Source: Candidatus Latescibacterota bacterium (GTDB lineage: Bacteria > Latescibacterota > UBA2968 > GCA-2709665). Taken from it: a DNA stretch of 64,000 nucleotides. Below, one piece after another: positions 19,528 through 30,113 of the stretch. A program made the translations under genes and the position numbers. Within the stretch, counting starts at the first letter, position 1. The number at the start of each line of letters is the position of its first letter. Location: assembly GCA_965205485.1 (NCBI GenBank), contig OZ242180.1, positions 1,600,001 through 1,664,000 on the forward strand. The letters run 5' to 3'. The notes under the pieces are model-generated. The model was given only the letters and a program-made list of their open reading frames with translations, was not told the origin of the DNA and ran no database searches.

Positions 19528-22491
19528 ATGACGATAATTTCAATTCCAAGGATTGTGGTACCGGCACTGCTTGCGCTCGTCACATTCTGCGCATCGCCCT
19601 CGCACGCGCAACAGATCCCGCCGGACGAATCGTGGCGCACGCTCGAGACGGAACACTTCCGCGTCACTTTCCCTGAGCGACTGGAAGACCTGGCGCGCCG
19701 GGCAGCCGATCGCGCGGAGTGGGCCCACGCCCGGCTTTCCGAAAGGTTCATACGCGGACCGGGCGGAATGATCGATATCGTCGTCACCGATCATATCGAT
19801 GCCGCCAACGGTTACGCGACCCCGTTTCCCTCGAACCGCATCGTCCTATACGCACGGCCGCCTGTCGACAGCTTCCTGCTCGGCCACTTCGACGACTGGA
19901 TGGAACTTCTGATCGTTCACGAGCTGACGCACATCTTTCACCTCGACCGTCGCGGCCGGTACAGCGTTCGGGGGTTATTTGGACGGATCCCGGTCCCCGT
20001 TTTCGGCTTTCCGGCCTTTGCAACGCCCCTGTGGGTCATCGAAGGCATCGCCACCTGGTACGAGTCCGCGATGACCGGCGAGGGCCGCGTCCTGGGAACC
20101 TACCACAACATGGTGCTTCGAACGGCTGCGCTGGAGGGCCGCTTCGAGTCCATCGGACAGGCGGGGGGATGGTCGCCGCAATGGCCTGGCGGGCTCCGCG
20201 CATACGTTTACGGATCTATGTTCTTCGAGCACCTCATGCGCAAGTACGGCCGGGACCGCATGTCCGCGTTCGTCGAAGCCGTCGAGGGGCAGTGGATACC
20301 CTATCGACTCGACGCCGCGGGAAGGAGCGCATTCGGCGCCAGCCTGTCGAGCGAGTGGACCGAATGGTCGAAGGCGTGGCGTGATTCGGTTGCTGGGCTC
20401 GACGCCCATCTCTCCAGGTTTGGCGCGATCTCCGAACCCGAAAGGCTGACCGACGGCGCCCGCTACGCGCTCTACCCGCGGGTGTCTCCCGATGGGTCGA
20501 CGCTGGTCTACCGTCGATCGGATGGCCGTTCGGATCCCAGGCTGATTTCGAGGGGGCTGGACGGCGGCGGCGAAACGACTGTCACGCGGATCCGTGGGGG
20601 CAGGTTCGCGTTCACGCCCGGCGGCGACGTCCTCACCGGGCAGTTGGAATTCTCAGGGCGATACCGGCTGTTCAGCGATATCTATCGGGTGTCCCGGGAC
20701 GGCGCGATGGACCGGTTGACGCATGGCGCGCGATTGACTGCGCCGTCGGCCGGACCCGGCGATCGGGCCGTCGCGGTATTGGAAGGAAACGGCGCGACGG
20801 GACTGGCTCGAGTCGATACCCGCACGGGGGCCGTCGAGCCGCTGTTGCACCCTGAAGCCGGCGTCCAGTGGGCGTTCCCGGCGGTGTCCCCCAACGGAAA
20901 ATGGATCGCGGCGACACGTTGGGTTGGCGGGAATCATGACGTCGTCATCCTTGACGCTGAAGGCGGCCTTGTCAGCCATGTCACCGATGACCGTGCGATG
21001 GACTTCGCCCCAGCATGGAGCGCCGACGGCCGGTGGCTGGTATGGTCGTCCGACCGGACCGGCATCCTCAATGTCTTCGCGGCACGGGTCGACAGTGGGC
21101 GGGCCGCGCCTCCGGTTATGCTTACAAACGTCAGAACCGGCGCGGCGTGGCCCAGTGTGGATCCGTCGGGGAAATGGCTCTATTTTTCGGGGTATCACGT
21201 GGACGGCTGGGAGATCGAACGCATGCCGTTCAATCCGAATGCCGCGCCGCCCGCGCCACGATATACCGCCGATTCAACGCGCACCGCGGCGGGGATGGCG
21301 GCTGCATCGATCGCATCCGAGGCGGATGAGCGGGGCGCACGTACCGGCGGGCAGGCGCGCGACTATTCGCCGTCGTCCACGCTCCGGCCCCGATACTGGG
21401 TGCCGTACGCGACGCTGACCCTTTCCGGCGCCGGCAACGGCACGACGCTCCGGACGAAGGCGCTTGGCACATCCGTCGGGGCTTTTACCTCGGGGGTCGA
21501 CCTGGTGGGCCGGCACGCCTACAGCGTCGGAACCAGAATCTTTCTGCCGGCAGGAGGATATTCGGGAGGAAGGGGCGCGGGTGTTCTGTCGTATCGGTAC
21601 GCCGGACTCGGCAACCCCACGCTGGGCTTATTGATGTCGCAGAACTGGGACGAGGAACGCGTCAGGGCCGATTCCACGTTCATTCTGGAACGAACGCGCC
21701 GCGCAGTCGTGTCGATGAACCTTGCGCGCCCGACGGCGTGGAGCGGGATTTCATTTACGCTTTCAGGCGGGGTGTTGCGGGAAGACCGGGAGGCGCTGGA
21801 TTCTGAGCTTCAGCCGGCGGACCTGTCGAAATACGACAGCCCCCACAGCACCCTGGGAGAAGTCGCGGCGGATTTCTCGGCCTCCACCGCCAGGTCGCAC
21901 GCGTTTCAGATGGGCAGGGCAGCCGGCGCGACATTCTTCGTTCGCGCGACGCGGCGATTCGACCTGGCCGGTGACCCACTGGACGACCGCTCCGTCGACG
22001 CCGTCTCCGGCGCCTTCAGGACCTACGCGAAGCTGCCGGGAGGCGGATTCGCGGCGCCCGTCCTGGCGTTCAGGGCGAGCGCGGGGGCGGCGCGGGGACC
22101 GGACAGCGGGCGGGGGTACTACAAGGTCGGCGGCGTGTCGCGACGCCTGTTTCCCGTGCGGGGCTACGAGAGCACGCAAAGGTCCGGGCGGCGCGCATGG
22201 TCGGCGTCGCTGGAGTTACGCCTGCCGGCCGCGCTGGTCAACCGCGCCATCCGAACGCCGCTGCTGCACTTCGACCGCGCCTTCCTCACACTCTTCGCCG
22301 ACGCGGGCAACGCCTGGGGGCGGGATTACTCATCGCAGAACACACCCGAACCGCTCCTGTCCGCCGGCGCCGAGTTCGTCTACGACTTCGGTATCCTCTA
22401 CGTCCCATTCCGCTTCCGCGCCGGCGCGGGTTACGGGTTCACCAACCCAAAAGGCGCCGTTCCTTACTTCCTTCTCGGTACATCATTCTGA
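19528..22491 (+). CDS. Exported protein: zincin-like peptidase domain + PD40/TolB-like propeller + Omp85-like barrel
   Basis: Signal peptide (ASPSHA-Q), HELTH...WVIEGIA, PAVSPNGKW/PAWSADGRW repeats, FPVRGY, LFADAGNAW, C-terminal F. Confidence 0.7.
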   Translation: MTIISIPRIVVPALLALVTFCASPSHAQQIPPDESWRTLETEHFRVTFPERLEDLARRAADRAEWAHARLSERFIRGPGGMIDIVVTDHIDAANGYATPFPSNRIVLYARPPVDSFLLGHFDDWMELLIVHELTHIFHLDRRGRYSVRGLFGRIPVPVFGFPAFATPLWVIEGIATWYESAMTGEGRVLGTYHNMVLRTAALEGRFESIGQAGGWSPQWPGGLRAYVYGSMFFEHLMRKYGRDRMSAFVEAVEGQWIPYRLDAAGRSAFGASLSSEWTEWSKAWRDSVAGLDAHLSRFGAISEPERLTDGARYALYPRVSPDGSTLVYRRSDGRSDPRLISRGLDGGGETTVTRIRGGRFAFTPGGDVLTGQLEFSGRYRLFSDIYRVSRDGAMDRLTHGARLTAPSAGPGDRAVAVLEGNGATGLARVDTRTGAVEPLLHPEAGVQWAFPAVSPNGKWIAATRWVGGNHDVVILDAEGGLVSHVTDDRAMDFAPAWSADGRWLVWSSDRTGILNVFAARVDSGRAAPPVMLTNVRTGAAWPSVDPSGKWLYFSGYHVDGWEIERMPFNPNAAPPAPRYTADSTRTAAGMAAASIASEADERGARTGGQARDYSPSSTLRPRYWVPYATLTLSGAGNGTTLRTKALGTSVGAFTSGVDLVGRHAYSVGTRIFLPAGGYSGGRGAGVLSYRYAGLGNPTLGLLMSQNWDEERVRADSTFILERTRRAVVSMNLARPTAWSGISFTLSGGVLREDREALDSELQPADLSKYDSPHSTLGEVAADFSASTARSHAFQMGRAAGATFFVRATRRFDLAGDPLDDRSVDAVSGAFRTYAKLPGGGFAAPVLAFRASAGAARGPDSGRGYYKVGGVSRRLFPVRGYESTQRSGRRAWSASLELRLPAALVNRAIRTPLLHFDRAFLTLFADAGNAWGRDYSSQNTPEPLLSAGAEFVYDFGILYVPFRFRAGAGYGFTNPKGAVPYFLLGTSF

Positions 22492-22642
22492 CGGGCGGTA
22501 ACAAAGCAGCTGGCCGGTCAATTTTTAAGTTACGCAAAAAAGAACCCCGGAGATTCCTCTCTCAGTGATTTGTCTTGCCGGATCTGTTGTCTATTTGCCT
22601 GTGTCTTACCGGACTCGGAATAAGGATATTCAGTGCTTAGCG

Positions 22643-23752
22643 CTATGCTTCATAGGTCCACCCGCTCTGGAACCCCTGCTGTTCTGCAATTGACATGAGA
22701 GGCTTCAATGTCTTGTGATACGCGATCCTTAATTCCTCGAAATCCAACGTTTCCTCGGGCGTAACATAGAGGTCAGTAACGTACGGCTCAACGACCTTAT
22801 TCCACTTTTGATTGGTCAAGCCATCCCTTGCGATGGATAGAGCTGCGCGCTGGGTTTCGGCCAATTGGTCGATGTAACACTCCGATGGGATTTGGTCGCT
22901 CTTCGAGCTATTCGCCATGGAATCAGTGGGAATGAGATTCCAGAGCTGATCGTGTGCGACGAATCTCCACGGCAGAAAGTGATCCAATTCATAATCGTGA
23001 CTCAGCTTCTTCCCCGTGTAAATGCATCGTATGCTTGTTTCGTCAATCGCAGCATCCCAGAAACTCCGTTGTGCATAGAGAGGCGCTCTCCGATCCGGGA
23101 CGAGCAACTTTCGCGTTACCGCGGGAATCCCGGGGTTTCGCCGCTGCATATAATCTGCCCAATGCCATAGCGCCCATCCCTCGATAATCACCTGGTGCAG
23201 TTTCAGATATTCTATCCAGTCCCTATGCATGATGATTCGTCTTTCAGAATCGTCGAAACGGAAGATAGGGCGTCGTTCCTCAAAAAACTCGACGGCGAGA
23301 CTGGAAATTTTCCGGTTCACCCGTTGATCTGGTATACCTCTTGTTTCCGCGGAGAAAAACGGGCGTAAGATTCGAAAAGGCACGAAACGCGTTAATTTGA
23401 AGTCCAACAACCTGCTATTTTGGGAAAGATATTTCCGCAATTTCCCACGTCCTGTCGAAGACAAGTATTCTTTTTCATCCTTGATGCACTCAATCGATTT
23501 CAATGCAGAAGCGATTTGGTCCTGCGTACCAAATGACAATCTGAAAAAAACACGAGGATACCATGCGGTAACCACCATCTCAATCTCAATATCGCCTAGC
23601 TCAATACCATTCTTAACCTGGAAATGCCTGTCCTTTAACAACGTCAGCAGCGACAAAAAAAAGAGATATTTGTACGAATTGGTCGTATGCTTGAACAATC
23701 TACTCAGCGTTGCGATATCCAGTTGATCTGAATGTGGCAATGGCTGGTTCAT
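22643..23752 (-). CDS. HNH endonuclease (putative restriction/defence)
   Basis: CIYTG...ELDHFLPW...WNLIP...NSSKSD; visibly lower GC than neighbours. Confidence 0.8.
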   Translation of the reverse strand: MNQPLPHSDQLDIATLSRLFKHTTNSYKYLFFLSLLTLLKDRHFQVKNGIELGDIEIEMVVTAWYPRVFFRLSFGTQDQIASALKSIECIKDEKEYLSSTGRGKLRKYLSQNSRLLDFKLTRFVPFRILRPFFSAETRGIPDQRVNRKISSLAVEFFEERRPIFRFDDSERRIIMHRDWIEYLKLHQVIIEGWALWHWADYMQRRNPGIPAVTRKLLVPDRRAPLYAQRSFWDAAIDETSIRCIYTGKKLSHDYELDHFLPWRFVAHDQLWNLIPTDSMANSSKSDQIPSECYIDQLAETQRAALSIARDGLTNQKWNKVVEPYVTDLYVTPEETLDFEELRIAYHKTLKPLMSIAEQQGFQSGWTYEA

Positions 23753-24014
23753 GGAGGATCAAGCCAAAAAGAACCCGACGACACGGTACTGATGCCGAGT
23801 GGTACTCCAATAGGCTGCATATGTCGCAAAATGCGACATTGCGTGCCATCGTACGGCCCAGTGGTGTCGTTGTCAACCGGAATCCCGACGGAAGTCAAAA
23901 GACGAAGCCCGATGGAAAAACACGCTCGCCGGACTCTTCTGTTCGCCGATATGATCAATTATGCGTGCCGCTGCACATATCTTGTATCTACCACAACAGA
24001 AACAGCACAGCCGC

Positions 24015-24505
24015 TCCCCTCCCCGTGTCGGGGAGGGGCCGGGGGAGGGGTCGCCAACCCACTGCACACCGTTTGTCAGGGATTCTCTTTTGTTCCGGGC
24101 GGGAGTTTACGGTATATTAATCGCTCGCTGATTCGTCAGCCTGACGGCTTCCTCAGGATGGCAGTGTGGGTGCGCGAATGGCTGACGCTTTTCCGGGATG
24201 ACTCTGCGGTGGATCCTGTCGTGCTGCCTCTCAGGTTTCGTTACGTGCAAATCGCACTGGGTTTATCCGATGCTGCAGTAGATCCTTCGTCGGCCTGGGA
24301 GGCCTCCTCAGGATGACAGTCTCGGCGTAGGTCGGGGCTCAGCGTTTCGACGATATTTGTCGCAAAACATGTCACTCTGAGCGACGTGGGCAGAAAGGAA
24401 TGTCCGCCCCATCTTCACGCCGGCTTCCTCAGAGTGTGAGCGAAGTCGAATCGAGGTTACTCTTCGCCGACCCTTCGACAGCCCTTCGACGGGCTCAGGG
24501 TGGCA
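24015..24505. repeat. Mosaic of REP-like palindromes
   Basis: CCCCTCCCCGTGTCGGGGAGGGG; GATCCTTCG...CTCAGGATGACA; CCCTTCGACAGCCCTTCGACGGGCTCAGGG (related TGTCGAAG units at ~13525 and ~31435-31492). Confidence 0.6.
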
Positions 24506-24600
24506 GCTCGGGGAGCGGCTCGGAGTGCAGACACATTTCAGTGGAATCCGGGCTGATTGATGACCTTGGAACTTCGACGATTTGGAGGATTGACTCGAAA

Positions 24601-25860
24601 ATGTCCGATTTGATACCGCTACATGGCGGATTGTCCTCGCCGGTGTGCCGGATGGTTCCGGACGACGAGCGGGACGCTTTTCGCGAGAGTGCATCGAAGC
24701 TGATCCGCGTTCCTGTGAGCGACGCCGATCTGTCCACGGTTTACCGTTTCGGTGACGGGGGTTTGAGTCCGCTCACCGGCCCGATGAATTCGGAGACGTA
24801 TCACAGAGTTCTGGAACACAATGTCATCGACTGCAATGGGAAGCCGTATGCGTGGACCATTCCGCTGGCGCTTCCGGTCTCGAGCGACCTTGCCAGTCAA
24901 CTCGAAGTCGGTCAAACCGTTGCCCTGGTGGATCAGGCCGGACAAATCGTGGGCGCTCTGGAGATCAGCGACGTCTACCCCTGGGACAAACAGGCCTATC
25001 TCAAGAGCGTCTACCTGACGGAGCGGATCGACCATCCCGGCGCGGATATGGTGCTGGAAGGAGATGCAGGAAAGACCCACCTTCTGGGAGGGGAGATCAG
25101 GGTACTGCCGCAACCGAAGCATCCCGCGTTCGGTCGTTACATGCACACACCCGCGGAGGTCCGTCGTCTACTGTCGGAAACCGGCTGGCGTCGAGTGGTG
25201 GCGTTTCAGACCCGGAACCCGCTGCACCGGGCTCACGAATACGCCCTGGTCTACGGGCTGGAAACGCTGATCCGGCAAGGGATCGACGCCGGGGCTTGTC
25301 TGAACCCTCTGGTGGGAGAGACCAAATCGGACGACGTCAACGCGGAGATCCGCATGCGCACTTACGAGGCTCTGATCGCGTCCCGGGGGCTGGGTGAGGG
25401 AGACAGCGATGCGGAATTGTGGGAACCCAGAGGGGAGGCCGTGCCGGACCGGGTCACTCTCATCGGCCTGGATATCAAGATGTTCTACGCCGGCCCAAAA
25501 GAGGCCGTCATGCACGCAATATACCGCCAGAATTTCGGCTTTACCGATATCATCATCGGACGCAAACACGCGGATGCGCCCTACCACGACGGCAGCCCGA
25601 TCTGGGGAGATTTCGACGCACAGGAGGTGTTCAACCAGCTCAATGGGAACCTCGAGATCCGGCCCCTGAACGTGGGTTTCGCGGCGTTCTACGAGTCCCT
25701 CGGGCGGGTGGACCTGATGGAGAACCATCCCGACGAGCAGCCCGTTTTCATTTCCGGTAAACAGGTGCGTGAGATGCTGCTGACGGGGGAGACGGTGGAC
25801 CCGCGGATCATGCGGCCCGGAACCTCCCGGATTCTGAGCGAGGCGATGGCGGGAGGGTGA
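24601..25860 (+). CDS. sat: Sulfate adenylyltransferase
   Basis: [53 protein letters not shown]. Confidence 0.93.
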   Translation: MSDLIPLHGGLSSPVCRMVPDDERDAFRESASKLIRVPVSDADLSTVYRFGDGGLSPLTGPMNSETYHRVLEHNVIDCNGKPYAWTIPLALPVSSDLASQLEVGQTVALVDQAGQIVGALEISDVYPWDKQAYLKSVYLTERIDHPGADMVLEGDAGKTHLLGGEIRVLPQPKHPAFGRYMHTPAEVRRLLSETGWRRVVAFQTRNPLHRAHEYALVYGLETLIRQGIDAGACLNPLVGETKSDDVNAEIRMRTYEALIASRGLGEGDSDAELWEPRGEAVPDRVTLIGLDIKMFYAGPKEAVMHAIYRQNFGFTDIIIGRKHADAPYHDGSPIWGDFDAQEVFNQLNGNLEIRPLNVGFAAFYESLGRVDLMENHPDEQPVFISGKQVREMLLTGETVDPRIMRPGTSRILSEAMAGG

Positions 25861-26014
25861 ACGTCCGCATCCTCGCACGCGGTTCCTGGCGGCGTTGAAT
25901 CTCGGGGAATGCCCTTGACAACGAGGGGCGTATAGGATAAATTGACCCGGCTTTTGGAAGCAGGCAAACCGGCCGTATTTTCAGTCGTTTATTACGCTGG
26001 AAGAAGGGGATGCG

Positions 26015-26635
26015 ATGTACGAGTTTCTGTTGAGCGATGATCCGGACGAGGAGGAAGAGGAGGAAGAGCAGCGTGGGGGTCAGGGCGGCGAATACATCGT
26101 CAGAAGCCTGATCAGGGCGCGCACCATCCTGATCTCCGATCCGATCGACCACAAGCTGACAACGCGGGTGATCGCCCAGCTGTTGCTGATGGACAGCGAC
26201 GATCCCGATAAACCGATCACGATCCTGATCAACTCGCCGGGGGGCAGCGCCGACGACGGCTTCGCCATCTACGATATGATTCGCTTCATCCGGCCGCCGG
26301 TGAGAATCGTCAGCGTCGGGTTGTCCGCCAGCGCGGCGACGGTGATTATGCTGGCGGCGGAGAAGGACAGCAGGTTCGCGCTTCCGAACGCACGAATCAT
26401 GATCCATCAGCCGTCAATGCGATACATGGGTGTCGCCGAAGACGTAAAGCGCACGGCGGAACAGATTCTCAAGCTCCGGGAGCGCATCAACGAGCTGTAT
26501 GCCCGGGAAACCGGACAACCACTGGACAAAGTGGTTGAAGATACGGACCGGGACTACTGGATGTCCGCCGAAGAGGCGGTGGAATACGGGCTGATCGGCA
26601 AGGTTGTCACGCACTTCAATGAACTCGACGCGTAG
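26015..26635 (+). CDS. clpP: ATP-dependent Clp protease proteolytic subunit
   Basis: INSPGG, GLSASAA (Ser), IMIHQP (His), DRDYWMSAEEAVEYGL (Asp). Confidence 0.92.
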   Translation: MYEFLLSDDPDEEEEEEEQRGGQGGEYIVRSLIRARTILISDPIDHKLTTRVIAQLLLMDSDDPDKPITILINSPGGSADDGFAIYDMIRFIRPPVRIVSVGLSASAATVIMLAAEKDSRFALPNARIMIHQPSMRYMGVAEDVKRTAEQILKLRERINELYARETGQPLDKVVEDTDRDYWMSAEEAVEYGLIGKVVTHFNELDA

Positions 26636-26704
26636 TGACGCGATCGTTTCGCGATTCGGCAGGGGCACAGAACGTCGTGCCCCTGCTTTGTTTTGAGAAC
26701 CCCA

Positions 26705-27736
26705 ATGTCCCGAGCCGACCGCTTTTTGAAGGCATGCCGCCGCGAGACGGTTGACGTCACGCCGGTGTGGCTGATGCGTCAGGCGGGCAGGTACATGCCC
26801 GAATACCGGAGGTTGAAGGAAAAATACGCCTTTCTGGAAATGGTGAAGACGCCGGACATCGCCACCGAGATCACGTTGCAGCCGGTCGATGCGTTCAACG
26901 TTGACGCGGCCATTGTCTTTCAGGATATCCTGCCGATCCTGGAGCCGATGGGCCTGAAACTGGAGTACGTGGGGGGTGCGGGCCCCGTGATTCACAACCC
27001 CGTTCGAACGGCGGCGGACGTGGAATCCCTCGCGATTCGTCCCGCGGCCGAAGCCATGGACTTCGCCGCGGCGGCCATCCGGCAGGTCCGGCGCGCGCTG
27101 GACGGGAAAGTCCCGCTGATAGGGTTCTCCGGGGCGCCGTTTACGCTCGTCTGTTACGCGGTGGAGGGCGGTGGTTCACGCGACTACCGGCATGCCAAGG
27201 CACTGATGTACGAACAGCCGGAGATCTGGCGGCGGCTGATGGAGAAAATGTCGGTGGCGGTCGGGGACTATCTCCAGGTCCAGGCGGCGGCCGGCGCCCA
27301 GGCGCTGCAGTTGTTCGACAGCTGGGCGGGCGCGCTGAGCCCCGCGGACTATGAGGAATACGTACTTCCGCACACACGGCGGTCGATACGGATGGTTTCG
27401 GAAACGTGCGACGTACCGGTGATCCATTTCGGTACGGGTACATCCGGTCTGCTGCCGCTGATGAAGCGCGCGGGCGGCGACGTGATCGGAGTGGACTGGC
27501 GGATAGATCTCGACGATGCCTGGAACCGGCTGGGCGCGGACGTGGCAGTGCAGGGGAACCTGGATCCGACGGTGCTGTTTGCGCCCGTGCCGGTGATCGA
27601 AAGTCAGGCCGCCCGGATCCTGGACAGCGTCCGCGGGCGGCCGGGACACGTCTTCAACCTCGGCCACGGCATCCTGCAGCACACGCCGGTCGGGCACGTG
27701 TCCGCGCTGGTCGATTTCGTACACGCTTACGGATAG
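26705..27736 (+). CDS. hemE: Uroporphyrinogen decarboxylase
   Basis: PVWLMRQAGRYMPEY, IGFSGAPFTL, QGNLDP, FNLGHGI. Confidence 0.97.
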   Translation: MSRADRFLKACRRETVDVTPVWLMRQAGRYMPEYRRLKEKYAFLEMVKTPDIATEITLQPVDAFNVDAAIVFQDILPILEPMGLKLEYVGGAGPVIHNPVRTAADVESLAIRPAAEAMDFAAAAIRQVRRALDGKVPLIGFSGAPFTLVCYAVEGGGSRDYRHAKALMYEQPEIWRRLMEKMSVAVGDYLQVQAAAGAQALQLFDSWAGALSPADYEEYVLPHTRRSIRMVSETCDVPVIHFGTGTSGLLPLMKRAGGDVIGVDWRIDLDDAWNRLGADVAVQGNLDPTVLFAPVPVIESQAARILDSVRGRPGHVFNLGHGILQHTPVGHVSALVDFVHAYG

Positions 27737-27742
27737 GTGACC

Positions 27743-28660
27743 ATGGTGAAAAAGGCCGTGTTGATGCTCGCCTACGGCAGTCCGGATTCCCTGGACGACA
27801 TGGAAGCGTACCTGAACGATATCCGTGGCGGGCGCCCGATGTCCCGGGACTTCGTTGCGGAATTCAAGCGCCGGTACGCGCAGATCGGGGGCAGGTCTCC
27901 GCTCAATGAAAACACCTTTGAACAGGCGGAATGTGCGGAGCGAGGATTGAATGCTCGCGGGCATGACGTGCGCGTTTACGTGGGCATGCGGCACTGGTCT
28001 CCCCGGATTGCGGACACGGTCCGTCGGATGGCCGGGGATGGCGTTGAGGAGGCGGTTGCCATCGTCATGGCCCCGCACTACTCCCGTATGAGCATCGGAA
28101 GGTACCGGGAGGCGGTCGATGAATCCGTCAAAGCAGCCGGAAGCGGGATTCAGTTCTCGTTCGTTGACTCCTGGTGGCGGCAACCCGCGTTGCTCGATGC
28201 GCAGGAAGCGCACGTTCGCGCCGGGCTGGCGTCGTTCTCCAGAGACGACCGGAACAGGGCAAAGATCGTCTTTACGGCGCACAGCCTCCCGGAACGCCTC
28301 TTGAAGATGGGCGATCCCTACGACGACGAGCTGAAGGGCAACGCGCATGCAATAGCGGAACGCCTGGGAAACGTGGACTGGATGTTCTCCTATCAGAGCG
28401 CCGCTCACACGGGCGAGCCGTGGTTGGGTCCGCAGATCGAAGACGTAATCCCGGACCTGGCCGACAAGGGATATCGGCACGTGCTTGTGGCGCCCATCGG
28501 GTTCGTATGCGACCACGTTGAGATCCTGTACGATATCGACATCGGCGTTCAGGAAATCGCGAGGTCGCGGGGGGTGAACGTCAGGCGAATCGCGTCCATG
28601 AACAGCGACGCCACGTTCATCACAGCGGTGGTGGATGCGGTGGAAGACAAGCTGAAATAG
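27743..28660 (+). CDS. hemH: Ferrochelatase (proto- or coproporphyrin)
   Basis: AYGSP, RYAQIGGRSPL, FTAHSLP, WLGP, GFVCDHVEILYDID. Confidence 0.94.
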   Translation: MVKKAVLMLAYGSPDSLDDMEAYLNDIRGGRPMSRDFVAEFKRRYAQIGGRSPLNENTFEQAECAERGLNARGHDVRVYVGMRHWSPRIADTVRRMAGDGVEEAVAIVMAPHYSRMSIGRYREAVDESVKAAGSGIQFSFVDSWWRQPALLDAQEAHVRAGLASFSRDDRNRAKIVFTAHSLPERLLKMGDPYDDELKGNAHAIAERLGNVDWMFSYQSAAHTGEPWLGPQIEDVIPDLADKGYRHVLVAPIGFVCDHVEILYDIDIGVQEIARSRGVNVRRIASMNSDATFITAVVDAVEDKLK

Positions 28661-28698
28661 ATGGGTACCGGTTTTGGATGCCCATTTGAGGTGCATTT

Positions 28699-30093
28699 AT
28701 GCACGTGACCATTGCCGGCGGGGGGATTGCCGGGCTTGCAACGGCCTTCTATCTGCAGGAGAAGGCGGAAGCGCACGGCATCGAGGTAGCGTATACGCTG
28801 GCGGAGGCCACCCGGCGATGGGGCGGGGAGATTCTGACTGAGCGGATTGACGGGTTCACCATCGAAGGTGGGCCCGATTTGCTGTTGACGCGAAAACCGT
28901 GGGGTGTCGGGCTCTGCCGGGACCTGGGCCTTGAGGACCGCCTGATCGCGCCGAACGAGGAACGGCGGAAGACCTTCCTGGCGCAAGGGCGAAACCTGGT
29001 CCCGTTTCCGGAAGACTTCACGCTGGTGCCTGCAAACTTCATGCCGGTCGCGCGCTCCCCGCTTTTTTCCATTCGCGGCAAGCTGCGGATGGGGATGGAG
29101 CGGTTCGTCCCGCCGCGCAACACAACGGCCGATGAGAGCCTGGCGTCATTTATCCGCCGCCGCATGGGTCACGAGGCCCTGGACAAGATCGGTGGGCCGA
29201 TGCTGGCGGGCATCCACGGGGCGGACCCGGAGCGGCTGAGCCTGCTGGCCACGTTTCCGCAGTTTGCGGAAATGGAGCGCAAGTACGGCAGCCTGATCAA
29301 GGCGGTGCGTGCAAGCCGGGATCAACGCAGGTCCACTGGCGATGCCGGGCAGGCGTCGCCGATGTTCCAGACCCTGATCGGAGGTCTCGGAGAACTCGTT
29401 GAGGCGATCGTGGACCGGCTGAGGGGCGATCTGCGCGTGAACTGCCCGGTAACGGGTCTGGCGAAGCGCCATCGCGGTTTCGAGGTAACGTTGGGTGGGG
29501 ACGCACTGAAAACCGACGCCGTCGTGCTGGCCGCGCCCGCGTTCGCGTCGGCCGATCTGCTGGATGGTATCGCGCCCCAACTGTCGGACCGGCTCCGCCA
29601 GATCCGGTACGTGTCCTCAGGCACGGTGTCTCTGGCCTATCGAAAAGCGGGCGTCCTGGCCCAGCACGACCTCGACGGGTTCGGTTTCCTGGTTCCCCGA
29701 TCGGAGGGCCGCAGGATTACGGGATGCACGTGGGTGTCGTCCAAGCTCGACCACCGGGCGCCGGATGACGGCGTGCTGATCAGGGGATTCGTGGGCAGAG
29801 ACGAACAGGAAGACGTAGTCGAGATGCCCGACGAGACGCTCGTACGTGCCGTGCGGGAGGATCTTGAACACGTGATGGGGCTGACCGCCGAACCGTTGTT
29901 CTCCCGGGTTCATCGCTGGCGGAAGGGCAGGCCGCAGTTCGACGTGGGGCACATGGACCGTGTTGACGGGCTGGAATCGCTCGCCGAAGAACATCCGGGC
30001 CTTTACCTGACCGGCAGCGCCTACCGCGGATCCTCCGTACCCGACTGCGTCAGACAGGCGATTCAAACCGCGGACCGGATTCTGGGGTTGTAA
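28699..30093 (+). CDS. hemG: HemY-type (co)protoporphyrinogen oxidase
   Basis: GGGIAGL FAD motif, [12 protein letters not shown], terminal GSAYRG..VPDCV; in hemE-hemH operon. Confidence 0.9.
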   Translation: MHVTIAGGGIAGLATAFYLQEKAEAHGIEVAYTLAEATRRWGGEILTERIDGFTIEGGPDLLLTRKPWGVGLCRDLGLEDRLIAPNEERRKTFLAQGRNLVPFPEDFTLVPANFMPVARSPLFSIRGKLRMGMERFVPPRNTTADESLASFIRRRMGHEALDKIGGPMLAGIHGADPERLSLLATFPQFAEMERKYGSLIKAVRASRDQRRSTGDAGQASPMFQTLIGGLGELVEAIVDRLRGDLRVNCPVTGLAKRHRGFEVTLGGDALKTDAVVLAAPAFASADLLDGIAPQLSDRLRQIRYVSSGTVSLAYRKAGVLAQHDLDGFGFLVPRSEGRRITGCTWVSSKLDHRAPDDGVLIRGFVGRDEQEDVVEMPDETLVRAVREDLEHVMGLTAEPLFSRVHRWRKGRPQFDVGHMDRVDGLESLAEEHPGLYLTGSAYRGSSVPDCVRQAIQTADRILGL

Positions 30094-30113
30094 CGACCGG
30101 CCGGATTCGCGAT

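Noticed and set aside
17013..19787. 924-aa ORF on the minus strand
   Set aside because: Antisense shadow of the channel and MFS genes in high-GC DNA; no motifs.
24400..24600. N-terminal extension of sat (likewise for serS, SDR, FAH and phosphatidyltransferase ORFs)
   Set aside because: Extensions run through repeats or intergenic DNA; family-typical starts lie downstream.
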